From assembly GCA_965242625.1 (NCBI GenBank), contig CBDEST010000005.1, positions 1,773,632 through 1,837,631 of the forward strand: a DNA stretch of 64,000 nt, in the 5' to 3' direction. Source of the DNA: Bryobacterales bacterium. GTDB lineage: Bacteria; Acidobacteriota; Terriglobia; Bryobacterales; UBA6623. Below the pieces are notes generated by a model that was given only the letters and a program-made list of their open reading frames with translations, searched no databases and had not been told where the DNA came from. This document shows positions 29,141 to 38,658 of the stretch, one piece after another; position 1 is the stretch's first letter, and the number at the start of each line of letters is the position of its first letter. A program made the position numbers and the translations under genes.

Positions 29141-29599
29141 TCAGCGTTCGAGACGACCCAGCGATCGCGGCAAGCCCTTCTTCCGTTGGTCGCCCGCAGT
29201 TTCGTTCGCGGACATGGCGGAACCGGCAAAACCGCACCAAGCCACATAGCGTTTGCATGTGATCCATGCAACCGCTGGCAACAGCACGGCAGGAACCACC
29301 AAGTCCCCCGGCTGGCTACTCAAGATCTGCGTCTGCTGCAAAGACGCTAGCACCGCCATGAACACGAGATAAACAGTGACAGAGCGCAGGAGATCACGTT
29401 TGCTGAACGTTCTTGCGCTGTTGCGTAGTGGCGGGTTTCTGGCTAGGCCGATCTCGGCTAGCGCGACGAAGGCCACAGCCATGCAGAGCCAGAGGATCAC
29501 GTACTCGTAGCGACCCTCGGCGCTGAGTCCACACACACCAGCCAGAGCGACAGTGCCACCGCACCACGCGCACCGCTTTCCGATCCCGCTAGCACTCAC
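29141..29599 (-). CDS. integral membrane protein, hypothetical
   Basis: 152-aa ORF with ~4 hydrophobic helices (YEYVILWLCMAVAFVALAEIGL, VTVYLVFMAVLASL, LVVPAVLLPAVAWI). It overlaps the upstream gene by 11 nt and is duplicated at 37322-37780. Confidence 0.45.
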   Translation of the reverse strand: MSASGIGKRCAWCGGTVALAGVCGLSAEGRYEYVILWLCMAVAFVALAEIGLARNPPLRNSARTFSKRDLLRSVTVYLVFMAVLASLQQTQILSSQPGDLVVPAVLLPAVAWITCKRYVAWCGFAGSAMSANETAGDQRKKGLPRSLGRLER

Positions 29600-29948
29600 T
29601 GCTGCACACCGTCGTGTACGTGCATAGCGTCTCGTACGACACGCACACCAGCGAGCCTACCAAACAGGCTGGTATACCGACAATCTGACCAAAGGCCGGA
29701 ACGGCACTAAGCCAGACAGTGGATGTGGCAAGCCACAGGGCGCATCGAGTCGTCCCGTCTGCAATCTCGTCCCGGCACCTGACTTCACACCCAGAAGGCG
29801 CGTCCTCGACCGGCGCGTCCTCGCCTTGGGCTTGCGTCGGTACAACAAGCAGTGAGACGGGACAGACGAAAGCGAAACCGATCAAGCTGTGCCCGGTTAT
29901 CTCGCGCCTCCTGTGAGGCGAGGACGCCTTGCGGGGCAAGCGGTGCAT
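29589..29948 (-). CDS. small Cys-rich secreted or membrane protein, hypothetical
   Basis: 119-aa ORF with a signal-like segment (LIGFAFVCPVSLLVVPTQAQG), an acidic stretch, multiple Cys residues and a C-terminal hydrophobic segment. Duplicated at 37770-38129. Confidence 0.4.
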   Translation of the reverse strand: MHRLPRKASSPHRRREITGHSLIGFAFVCPVSLLVVPTQAQGEDAPVEDAPSGCEVRCRDEIADGTTRCALWLATSTVWLSAVPAFGQIVGIPACLVGSLVCVSYETLCTYTTVCSSEC

Positions 29949-30477
29949 CGTGCATTGCGATCAGCACCTAGATCATCGGTCCGCTCCGCGAACCGTTGAA
30001 GGTCCTCGTCGCTCAAGTTCGGATAGACGCTCATTGCGCCTTGTCGGACGATTGTCGAGAAAGATTCCGGATCGCAGCCGTTTGACGCGTAGGCTTCCTG
30101 GATGCCCTTGGAGAACTCCATCGCTTGCGGGAGATATTGGAGTAGCGCGGTCTCTCCAAGCGACACGCCATCGCGAGCATCATCCTCACTGGGGCTGTTG
30201 GCAATGTCCATGCGCCCGTGCAGCATCGCTGACAGTAGGAGCGAGTATCCGTTCCGGTCGGATCGGTACCGTTGGCTAGCAAGACGCGCATCACGGCATG
30301 GGTTCCCCTCGACATCGCTAAGTCCATAGGCGTGAGGTGCATGTCGTCCGTGTGATGCGGGTCAGCCCCGTGCGCAAGGAAGGCCCTGCCTATCCGCAAG
30401 GAATAATCAGTCCCCGTCTGTCCGCGCATGACGGCGTATTGAAGCGCCGTTCTCTTCCTGTGGTTCTCTGCATTCAC
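29897..30477 (-). pseudogene. ankyrin-repeat protein, apparently frameshifted
   Basis: From GTG at 30477 it reads NAENHRKRTALQYAVMRGQ ... LAHGADPHHTDDMHLTPMDLAMSRGTHAVMRVLLANGTDP, which are ANK repeats. The repeat then continues in another frame (DRNGYSLLLSAMLHGRMDIAN...). The same frame break is present in the copy at 38078-38658. Confidence 0.5.
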
Positions 30478-30599
30478 TGAAGCACCCTGGCGCTGGCAGT
30501 ACGCCAGCGCGGAGGCGCGCCACTGGGGTGCGATAATCACGGCAATCGTCGGCCAGCCGCCCGCGGCCGCTTGCGGAAGCGCGGCCCAGCGAGGACTCC

Positions 30600-32888
30600 A
30601 TGCCGAGCGCGGATCACGGGCGGCGCGACGCCTTGCCAATCGGCACGATCCTGCGGGAATTCGCGATCCAGGCGGTGATCGGACACGGGGGCTTCGGGAT
30701 CGTCTACCGGGCCGGGCACAACGAACTGGACCTGACAGTCGCGATCAAGGAATACCTGCCAGTTGAGATGGCCGTGCGAGAAGGCACGGCCGTGCAGCCG
30801 CGGAGCGGGACGGAGCGCAAGGACTTCGCGGAGGGGCTGCGACGGTTCCGGGACGAAGCCCAGGCACTGATCGATTTCGACAGCCATCCGAGCATCGTGT
30901 CGTGCCGGGAGTTCTTTCGGGCGCACGGCACGGCGTATCTGGTGATGGGGTACGAGGAGGGGCAGTCGCTGGCGGAAGTGCTGGCGAGCCGGGAAGCGGA
31001 GGGACGACCGTTCGCGGCGGGTGACTTGATGGGGGTTATGCAGCCGGTGCTGGAGGGGTTGGAGCGCGTCCACGCAGCGGGGGTGCTGCATCGGGATATC
31101 AAGCCGTCGAACATTTTGATCCGGCGGCGGGACGGGCGGCCGGTGCTGATCGACTTCGGTGCGGCGAAGCAGGCCACGGCGAGATTCAGCAAGTCGCAGG
31201 CGCCGTACACGGAGGGGTACGCGGCCTTGGAACAAGTGGCGGACGCGGGGAAGCTGGGGCCGTGGACCGACATGTACGGAGTGGGAGCGGTGATGTGGCG
31301 GATGGTGGCGGGCGGGAAGCGGCCGTGGGAGCCGCCGCATCCGGTGCGCGTGGAACAGCGCTCGCACGCGGTGGTAGGGGGAACGGAAGACCCGATGCCA
31401 TCGGCGAGGGACCTGGGCGAGGGACGGTTTCCGTCGCAGATGCTGGAGGTCATCGACCGGTGCTTGCGGCTGCGTGAAGGGGAACGGATGCAAGGGTCGC
31501 GCGAGCTGCTGGAGGCTCTGCGTGGGGTGGGTGAGTTACTTCCGGCTGGGGTTGCTGGGGTCGCTCGGCCGCTGGCCGAGCGAACTGGTGCCAATCGACA
31601 GGATGCGGGATCGCATGCGGTGCCAGTACGCCCAGAGCCGCGCAAAGGGTGGCGATGGGGTGGGTGGATCGCACTGGCGAGCTTGGTGGTCGGGCTGGGA
31701 TTGGTGCTGGCGACATGGTGGGGTTCCGATTCGGCAGAAACGATTCGCGGTCAAGGACCCGCTGAAGCCTCGGATGGCGTTGGAGACGAGATTGGAGTCC
31801 CGGAGCGAGGGGAAGCGGTGGATTCGGTGCCGAACTCCGACCAGCGTCCCGGCAATCGCGAGTCTCTAGCGGAAGTGAACGGGACAGCTCAAGATCTGGA
31901 TCCGATCTCGGTCGGATCTGGGCGCAAGGAAGAGATTGCCGAAGCCGAGAGCGGGCGGGATAGCGAAGACAACCTTGAAGTGAGCCCGGAGTCGTCGCAA
32001 GACAGCTTCGCGCAGCCTTGGATCCGGGATTGGGATGCATTGGGGGATATCCGAGATCCGGGATTCGCCGCGACAGCGCGGGCGTACGTCGAACAGTACA
32101 AGCAGGTGCCAGAGGCGAGGGTGTGGGTGGCGAAGGCGGAAGGGCTGCTGGCCGAGCTGACGGAGTTGGCAGCGGCGAGCACTATGCGGCGCGAGGCAGG
32201 CGAGGCGTGGACGAATTCGCTAGGCATGGAGTTCGTCTGGATTCCGGTGGGGAACTTCCTGATAGGCTCACCGATGGACGATGCGGATCGTTTTACCGAC
32301 GAGCGTCAGCACGAGGTGTGGATCAGCGAGGGGTATTGGATGAAGAGGCACGAAGTGACGCAAGGGGAGTGGGTGGCGGTGATGGGTGCGAACCCGTCGC
32401 GCTTCGCCATATGCGGTCCCCGGTGCCCAGTGGAGCAAGTGTCTTGGGAAGAAACGCAGGAGTTCATAGGGAGGTTGAACTCGCGGGAATCCGGGAGCAG
32501 ATACGTATACCGATTGCCGACAGAGGCGGAATGGGAGTACGGGGCGCGGGCCGGGACAACCGGGGCGCGTTACGGGGCATTGGACGCGATTGCGTGGTAC
32601 GGGAACAACAGCGGCCGCAGGACGCATCCGGTAGGACAGAAGCGGGCTAACGCGTGGGGCTTGCACGACATGCTAGGGAACGTGTGGGAGTGGACGGGAG
32701 ATTGGTACGGCGCGTATCCGTCGGGCTCGGTGACGGATCCAGATGGTCCCAAGGCAGGCTCGGCCCGGGTGGCTCGGGGCGGCGGCTGGAGCAACAACGC
32801 GAGGCGCGTTCGGTCGGCTAATCGCAACAGCTACTCGCCCGGCGACCGCAGTTACAGCATCGGCTTCCGCCTAGTCAGGACAGACTGA
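30600..32888 (+). CDS. Ser/Thr kinase - TM - linker - FGE-sulfatase protein, array copy 3
   Basis: 762 aa with all kinase and FGE motifs. Variable block at 32763-32861. It is the most Asn-rich of the copies (WSNNARRVRSANRNSYSPGDRSYSIGFR). Confidence 0.9.
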   Translation: MPSADHGRRDALPIGTILREFAIQAVIGHGGFGIVYRAGHNELDLTVAIKEYLPVEMAVREGTAVQPRSGTERKDFAEGLRRFRDEAQALIDFDSHPSIVSCREFFRAHGTAYLVMGYEEGQSLAEVLASREAEGRPFAAGDLMGVMQPVLEGLERVHAAGVLHRDIKPSNILIRRRDGRPVLIDFGAAKQATARFSKSQAPYTEGYAALEQVADAGKLGPWTDMYGVGAVMWRMVAGGKRPWEPPHPVRVEQRSHAVVGGTEDPMPSARDLGEGRFPSQMLEVIDRCLRLREGERMQGSRELLEALRGVGELLPAGVAGVARPLAERTGANRQDAGSHAVPVRPEPRKGWRWGGWIALASLVVGLGLVLATWWGSDSAETIRGQGPAEASDGVGDEIGVPERGEAVDSVPNSDQRPGNRESLAEVNGTAQDLDPISVGSGRKEEIAEAESGRDSEDNLEVSPESSQDSFAQPWIRDWDALGDIRDPGFAATARAYVEQYKQVPEARVWVAKAEGLLAELTELAAASTMRREAGEAWTNSLGMEFVWIPVGNFLIGSPMDDADRFTDERQHEVWISEGYWMKRHEVTQGEWVAVMGANPSRFAICGPRCPVEQVSWEETQEFIGRLNSRESGSRYVYRLPTEAEWEYGARAGTTGARYGALDAIAWYGNNSGRRTHPVGQKRANAWGLHDMLGNVWEWTGDWYGAYPSGSVTDPDGPKAGSARVARGGGWSNNARRVRSANRNSYSPGDRSYSIGFRLVRTD

Positions 32889-32929
32889 AACCGGGTTCTA
32901 TCACCCTTTCACCCTCGGCTGCGCACAGA

Positions 32930-33390
32930 GGGCGTCCGTCGGTCATCGAAGGCCGGAGCGAAAGCGACCGAGCCGAGCGGCAGAACGCACGGTCGGGTCT
33001 GGATCGTTCATTGAACGCGGATCCGGCCAGTCTGGCAGCGAGCGGAGTCTCCGAGAACGCTAGATTGAATCCGCTCTTCCCTGCGGTTGGCAATGGGCGG
33101 TTGGAGCAAGGCAGAAAGGCCCGGTTCGGTTGTGGTTTTTGGCGGCGGCCCTTCCGAGGTGGTCGAGCCCTCCATCGGAGGGCTCCCTTGCTGGGGAAAT
33201 TCGGAAGCGCTGGGTGCCGTCCGGGACGCCCGTGCGCTTCCTGGAGGATGGACTACGGCTTGGTACGCCTGAGTGAGCGGAAGCGTAGATTCGCGTGAGC
33301 GAAGGCATGATCTCGAACGAGAGCCGAGTGCGGGAAATCCGCACGCTCGGTTCGACGAGCGGAGAGCGGAACCGTAATCGAAGTGGAGAC
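32930..33390 (+). repeat. group II intron relic R3
   Basis: Standard spacer unit. Its domain V is the best-formed copy, at 33321-33353 (GAGCCGAGTGCGGGAAATCCGCACGCTCGGTTC). A domain VI-like segment follows. Confidence 0.65.
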
Positions 33391-33628
33391 TGAAGAACCG
33401 GCACGGGGGCGATAGCTGTCGGAAGCCATCGGCGTGCTGCTACTCCCTCCATCCTCGACGAGAGTCCCTCTCTGTGGCTCCGCTTCAGAAACCCGACGAT
33501 TCCCGGGATCCGTCTCCCGCGCTGGCAGTACGCCGGCGCGGAGGCGGGCCACTGGGGTGCGATAATCACGGCAATCGTCGGCCAGCCGCCCGCGGCCGCT
33601 TGCGGAAGCGCGGCCCAGCGATGACTCC

Positions 33629-35911
33629 ATGCCGAGCGCGGATCACGGGCGGCGCGACGCCTTGCCAGTCGGCACGGTCCTGCGCGAATTCACGATCCAA
33701 GCGGTGCTCGGACACGGGGGCTTCGGGATCGTCTACCGGGCCGGGCACAACGAACTGGAGCTGACGGTCGCGATCAAGGAATACCTGCCGGTGGAACTGG
33801 CCGTGCGGGAAGGCGCGGCCGTGCAGCCGCGGAGCGGTACGGAGCGCAAGGACTTCGCGGAGGGGCTGCGCCGGTTCCGGGACGAAGCGCAAGCGCTGAT
33901 CGATTTCGACAGCCATCCGAGCATCGTGTCGTGCCGGGAGTTCTTTCGGGCGCATGGCACGGCGTATCTGGTGATGGGGTACGAGGAGGGTCAGTCGCTG
34001 GCGGAAGTGCTGGCGAGCCGCGAAGCGGAGGGACGACCGTTCGGGGCGGCGGACTTGCTGGGGGTGATGCAGCCGGTGCTGGAGGGGTTGGAGCGCGTCC
34101 ACGCAGCGGGGGTGCTGCATCGAGACATCAAGCCGTCGAACATCCTGATCCGGCGGCGGGACGGGCGGCCGGTGCTGATCGACTTCGGAGCGGCGAAGCA
34201 GGCCACGGCGAGATTCAGCAAGTCGCAGGCGCCGTACACGGAGGGGTACGCGGCATTGGAACAAGTGGCGGAAGTGGGGAAGCTGGGACCGTGGACGGAC
34301 ATGTACGGGGTGGGAGCGGTGATGTGGCGGATGGTGGCAGGCGGGAAGCGGCCGTGGGAGCCGCCGCATCCGGTGCGCGTGGAACAGCGCTCGCATGCGG
34401 CGCTGGGGGGAACGGAAGACCCGATGCCGTCGGCGAGCGAGCTGGGCGAGGGTCGGTTTCCGTCGCAGATGTTGGAGGTCATCGACCGGTGCTTGCGCTT
34501 GCGGGAGACGGAACGGATGCAAGGGTCGCGCGAGCTGCTGGAGGCACTTGGTGAGGTGAGCGAGTCGCTTCCGGCGGGGTCTCTGGGGGCCGCTCGGCCG
34601 TCGGCCGAGCAAACTGGAGTCAAGCGACAGGAACCGGGATCGCATGTGGCGCCAGTAGGTGCAGAGCCGCGCTCAGGGTGGCGACGGGGTGGATGGATCG
34701 CGCTGGCGAGCTTGGTGGTAGGGTTGGCGCTGGCGACATGGTGGAATTCCGGTTCCGAGCAAACGGTACGCGATCAAGCACCCTCTGGAGCCTCGGATGG
34801 CGTTGGAGACGAGATTGGAGTCCCGGAGCGAGAGGAAGTAGCGGATTCGGTTCCGAGCCCCGACCAGCAGGCCGAGGATCGGGAGGCCCCGCCGGAAGCC
34901 AGCGGGACTGCTCAGGATCCAGATCCGATCTCGGTCGGATCTGGACGCAATGAAGAGGTTGCCGGAGCCGATAGCAGGCGAGATCGCGACGACATCCTTG
35001 AAGTGCGCCTGGAGGAGTCGCAAGACAGCCTCGTGCAGCCATGGATCCGGGACTGGGACGCCTTGGGAGACATCCGCGACCGGGGATTCGCCGCGACAGC
35101 GCAGGCGTACGTCGAACAGTACAGGCAGGTGCCAGGGGCGAGGGTGTGGGTGGCGAAGGCTGAGGGGCTGCTGGCCGAGCTGAGGGAGTTGGAAGCGGCG
35201 AGCACCATGCGGCGCGAGGCAGGCGAGGCATGGACGAATTCGCTAGGCATGGAGTTCGTCTGGATTCCGGCGGGGACCTTTCTGGTGGGCTCACCGATGC
35301 ACGAAGAGGGTCGTGTTTTCGGTGAGCGACAGCACGAGGTCCGGATCAGCGAGGGCTTTTGGATAGGGAAGTATGAGGTGACGCAAGGGGGGTGGGTAGC
35401 GGTGATGGGAACGAACCCATCGCGTTTCTCCAATTGCGGCCCGCGGTGCCCAGTGGAGCGAGTGTCGTGGGACGACACGCAGGAGTTCATACGGAGGTTG
35501 AAGTCGCGGGAATCCGGGAACGGGTACGTATACCGATTGCCGACCGAGGCGGAGTGGGAGTACACGGCGCGGGCGGGGACACCCGGGGCGCGCTACGGCG
35601 AGTTGGGCGCAATCGCTTGGTATTCGGCAAACAGCGGCGATAGGACGCATCCGGTAGGGCAGAAGCGGCCTAACGCGTGGGGCTTACACGACATGCTGGG
35701 AAACGTGTGGGAGTGGACGAAAGACTGGTACGGCGCGTATCCCTCCGGTACGGTGACGGATCCTGGGGGTCCCGAGTCGGGCGCAGGCCGGGTGTATCGG
35801 GGCGGCGGCTGGTACAACAGCGCGGGGTACGTTCGGTCGGCGGCTCGCGGCCTCCTCTCGCCCGGAGCCCGCGACAACATCATCGGCTTCCGCCTAGTCA
35901 GGACAGAGTGA
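33629..35911 (+). CDS. Ser/Thr kinase - TM - linker - FGE-sulfatase protein, array copy 4
   Basis: 760 aa with all motifs. Variable block at 35786-35884. Confidence 0.9.
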   Translation: MPSADHGRRDALPVGTVLREFTIQAVLGHGGFGIVYRAGHNELELTVAIKEYLPVELAVREGAAVQPRSGTERKDFAEGLRRFRDEAQALIDFDSHPSIVSCREFFRAHGTAYLVMGYEEGQSLAEVLASREAEGRPFGAADLLGVMQPVLEGLERVHAAGVLHRDIKPSNILIRRRDGRPVLIDFGAAKQATARFSKSQAPYTEGYAALEQVAEVGKLGPWTDMYGVGAVMWRMVAGGKRPWEPPHPVRVEQRSHAALGGTEDPMPSASELGEGRFPSQMLEVIDRCLRLRETERMQGSRELLEALGEVSESLPAGSLGAARPSAEQTGVKRQEPGSHVAPVGAEPRSGWRRGGWIALASLVVGLALATWWNSGSEQTVRDQAPSGASDGVGDEIGVPEREEVADSVPSPDQQAEDREAPPEASGTAQDPDPISVGSGRNEEVAGADSRRDRDDILEVRLEESQDSLVQPWIRDWDALGDIRDRGFAATAQAYVEQYRQVPGARVWVAKAEGLLAELRELEAASTMRREAGEAWTNSLGMEFVWIPAGTFLVGSPMHEEGRVFGERQHEVRISEGFWIGKYEVTQGGWVAVMGTNPSRFSNCGPRCPVERVSWDDTQEFIRRLKSRESGNGYVYRLPTEAEWEYTARAGTPGARYGELGAIAWYSANSGDRTHPVGQKRPNAWGLHDMLGNVWEWTKDWYGAYPSGTVTDPGGPESGAGRVYRGGGWYNSAGYVRSAARGLLSPGARDNIIGFRLVRTE

Positions 35912-35959
35912 GACTGGGCGCTATTATCCTTTCACACTCGGGTGCGTGAGGCGCGAGGA

Positions 35960-36219
35960 GTGCGTGCGTCGGCTCGCGAAGGCTGGAGCGAAAGCGACCG
36001 AGCCGTGTGGCACAACGCACGCCTGGGCATAGACTGTCCCTAGATCGCGGGTCCGGATAGTCCGGCGGCGATGGGAGTCTCCGAGGACGGCAGTTCGAAT
36101 CTTCTCTTCCCTCCGGTAGGCAGAGGGCTGTTGGAGCAATGCTGAAAGGTCCGGTTCGGTCGTGGCCTGCGGCGTCGGCTCCTCCGTTGCAGTTGAACCC
36201 TAATCGGGGGGCTCCGTAG
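35960..36219 (+). repeat. group II intron relic R4, 5' half only
   Basis: Same truncation point as R2, and followed by the second higBA module. Confidence 0.5.
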
Positions 36220-36492
36220 CCAAGGAAAGTCGGAACTACCAAGAAATTCGCCAAGGGTGATCGCCGCCGCTTTCAGAGCCCGCTCGCTGACAAGATCAAT
36301 GAGATACTGACGCTCTTGGAGTCCGGTGCCACCCCGGTGGAGTTGGAAGAGAATGGCTGTCAGATCCATCGACTGACCGGCGACCGCAAGGGTGCCTACG
36401 CCATCGCGGTCTCGGCCCGCTACCGCATCGTCTTCCACTACGAGGACGGTGACGTCTATGATGTGGAAGTGATCGACTACCACAAGAGTTGA
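36220..36492 (+). pseudogene. higB: HigB/RelE-like toxin fragment (second copy)
   Basis: The frame opens after the TAG at 36217-36219 and ends ...YDVEVIDYHKS with TGA at 36490-36492. Near-identical to 28035-28307. No start codon. Confidence 0.6.
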
Positions 36493-36506
36493 GAAAGGAT
36501 GATCCA

Positions 36507-36929
36507 ATGGAACCGGATATCAACCGAGCGGATCCGCCGCCCGAGCTGTACGCCATCGACGGTGCCGTGCCGGCCGCAGTGCTCGAGGCGAAGGTCGAGT
36601 GGCTGCGCCGCAACCCCATGCACCCCGGGCGGCTCATCGCCGGCACCTGCGAGCGCAAGTCTCTCAGCACGGCGGAGGCAGCCGCGCTGTTGGGCATCGC
36701 GTGCGCGGACCTGACCGAGGTGATCGAGCAACGGGCACCCGTCACGCCCGAACTCGCCCTGCGGATGGAAGCGGCAGGCTGGTTGAAGGCCGCTACTTGG
36801 ATGCGGTCGCAGAGTGCCTACGATCTCGCGCAAGCGCGGAGGAGACTCGAGCGCACCGGGGCGATCCCTGCGGCGGCGGCCCCTGCACGGCAGCAAGCCA
36901 GCACCATGGAGTCCGCGGCCGCGCGCTGA
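36507..36929 (+). CDS. higA: HigA-family HTH antitoxin (second copy)
   Basis: Near-identical to 28322-28744. Confidence 0.7.
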   Translation: MEPDINRADPPPELYAIDGAVPAAVLEAKVEWLRRNPMHPGRLIAGTCERKSLSTAEAAALLGIACADLTEVIEQRAPVTPELALRMEAAGWLKAATWMRSQSAYDLAQARRRLERTGAIPAAAAPARQQASTMESAAAR

Positions 36930-37321
36930 GCTAGCGATTCAGGCGCGAGGGCTGCATAGGCACCTGCGGAGAGCACACACGGCTTACCTCGCGGTGAGCC
37001 TGCCGGGCACGATCTCGTCGGAGGCCTTGGCATCCTCATCAAGGGCCGGACATGAGTGTCGCGGCAAGGATTCGCGTCCGCCACAAGAGCACCTGCGCGG
37101 TATCCTGGCGGGCCTCAACTCGGAGATGACTCCCGGGCACCCATTGGCTGCGCGGCACGCTCGCCGCGCAGCTCGGCGGCGCATGGACATCGCCCCGTGG
37201 ATCCAAGCCGCGGGCTAGCTGGAGCACTACGAAGAAGCTCACCGGCAGAGACCTGCGCGGCATTCCTGACCGCAACCGCCCAGACCGGACCCCGAAACAC
37301 GCTCCAGCTCTATCGCGAGCT

Positions 37322-37780
37322 TCAGCGCTCGAGACGACCCAGCGATCGTGGCGATCCCTTCTTCTGTTGCTCGCCCGCAGTTTCGTTCGCGGACATGGCG
37401 GAACCGGCAAAACCGCACCAAGCCACATAGCGTTTGCATGTGATCCATGCAACCGCTGGCAACAGCACGGCAGGAACCACCAAGTCCTCCGGCTGGCTAC
37501 TCAAGATCTGCGTCTGCTGCAAAGACGCTAGCACCGCCATGAACACGAGATAAACAGTGACAGAGCGCAGGAGATCACGTTTGCTGAATGTTCTTGCGCT
37601 GTTGCGTAGTGGTGGGTTTCTGGCTAGGCCGATCTCGGCTAGCGCGACGAAGGCCACAGCCATGCAGAGCCAGAGGATCACGTACTCGTAGCGACCCGCG
37701 GCTCCGAGTCCACACACACCAGCCAGAGCGACAGTGGCACCGCACCACGCGCACCGCGTTCCGATCCCGCTAGGACTCAC
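37322..37780 (-). CDS. integral membrane protein, hypothetical (copy of 29141-29599)
   Basis: 152 aa, near-identical paralog. Confidence 0.45.
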   Translation of the reverse strand: MSPSGIGTRCAWCGATVALAGVCGLGAAGRYEYVILWLCMAVAFVALAEIGLARNPPLRNSARTFSKRDLLRSVTVYLVFMAVLASLQQTQILSSQPEDLVVPAVLLPAVAWITCKRYVAWCGFAGSAMSANETAGEQQKKGSPRSLGRLER

Positions 37781-38129
37781 TGCTGCACACCGCCGTATAC
37801 GTGTATAGCGTCTCGTACGACACGCACACGAGGGAGCCTACCAAACAGGCTGGTATACCGACAATCTGACCAAAGGCCGGAACGGCATTAGGCCAGACAG
37901 TGCATGTGGCAAGCCACAGGGCGCATCGAGTCGTCCCGTCTGCAATCTCGTCCCGGCACCTGACTTCACACTCAGAAGGCTCGTCCTCGACCGGCTCGTC
38001 CTCGCCTTGGGCTTGCGTCGGTACAACAAGCAGTGAGACGAGACAGACGAATGCGAAACCGATCAAGCTGTGCCTGGTCATTTCGCGCCTCCTGTGAGGC
38101 GAGGACGCCTTGCGGGGCAAGCGGTGCAA
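37770..38129 (-). CDS. small Cys-rich secreted or membrane protein (copy of 29589-29948)
   Basis: 119 aa, near-identical paralog. Confidence 0.4.
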   Translation of the reverse strand: MHRLPRKASSPHRRREMTRHSLIGFAFVCLVSLLVVPTQAQGEDEPVEDEPSECEVRCRDEIADGTTRCALWLATCTVWPNAVPAFGQIVGIPACLVGSLVCVSYETLYTYTAVCSSES

Positions 38130-38658
38130 CGTGCATTGCGATCAGCAACTGGATCATCGGCCCGCTCCACGAACCGTTGCATGTCCTCGTCGCTCAAGTT
38201 CGGATCGACTTTCGTTGCGACTGGTCGGACAATTGTCGAGAGAGATTCCGGGTCGCCGCCGTTTAACGAGTAGCCTTCCCGGATGCCCTTGGAGAACTCC
38301 ATTGCTTGCGGGAGACATGGCAGTAGCGCGGTCTCTCCAAGCGACACGCCATCGCGAGCATCATACTGGCTAAGACTGTCGGCAACGTCGATGCACCCGT
38401 GCAGCATCGCTGACAGTTGTGGCGAGTTTCCGTTCCGGTCGGATCGGCACCGTTGGCTAGCAAGACGCGCATCACGGCGTGGGTTCCCCTCGACATCGCT
38501 AAGTCCATAAGCGTGAGGTTCATGTCGTCCGTGTGATGCGGGTCAGCACCGTGCCCAAGCAAGGCCCTGACTATCCGCAAGGAGCAATCAGTCCCCGTCT
38601 GTCCGCGCATGACGGCGTAATGAGGCGCAGTTCTCTTCCTGTGGCTCTCTGCATTCAC
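38078..38658 (-). pseudogene. ankyrin-repeat protein, same frameshift as 29897-30477
   Basis: GTG start at 38658. ANK repeats lie in two frames (131-aa and 109-aa track ORFs). Confidence 0.5.

Noticed and set aside
32763-32861. The copy 3 variable block as the DGR template repeat, because it is the most Asn/AAC-rich (AGC AAC AAC ... AAT CGC AAC AGC TAC).
   Set aside because: It lies inside an intact ORF at the same position as the other VRs. It still has non-A bases at most variable columns (AGC, CGC, TAC, GAC, AGT, TAC, AGC). It is therefore a VR, not the TR.
33253-33630. Recurrent small minus-strand ORFs beginning MESSLGRASASGRGRLADD... upstream of each kinase gene, and a +1-frame upstream ORF MTPCRARITGG... 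starting 10 nt before some kinase ATGs.
   Set aside because: They are antisense or overlapping readings of the conserved leader and kinase 5' end. The upstream ATG is absent in copies 3, 5 and 7 (GAGGACTCC instead of GATGACTCC). The translations are low-complexity.
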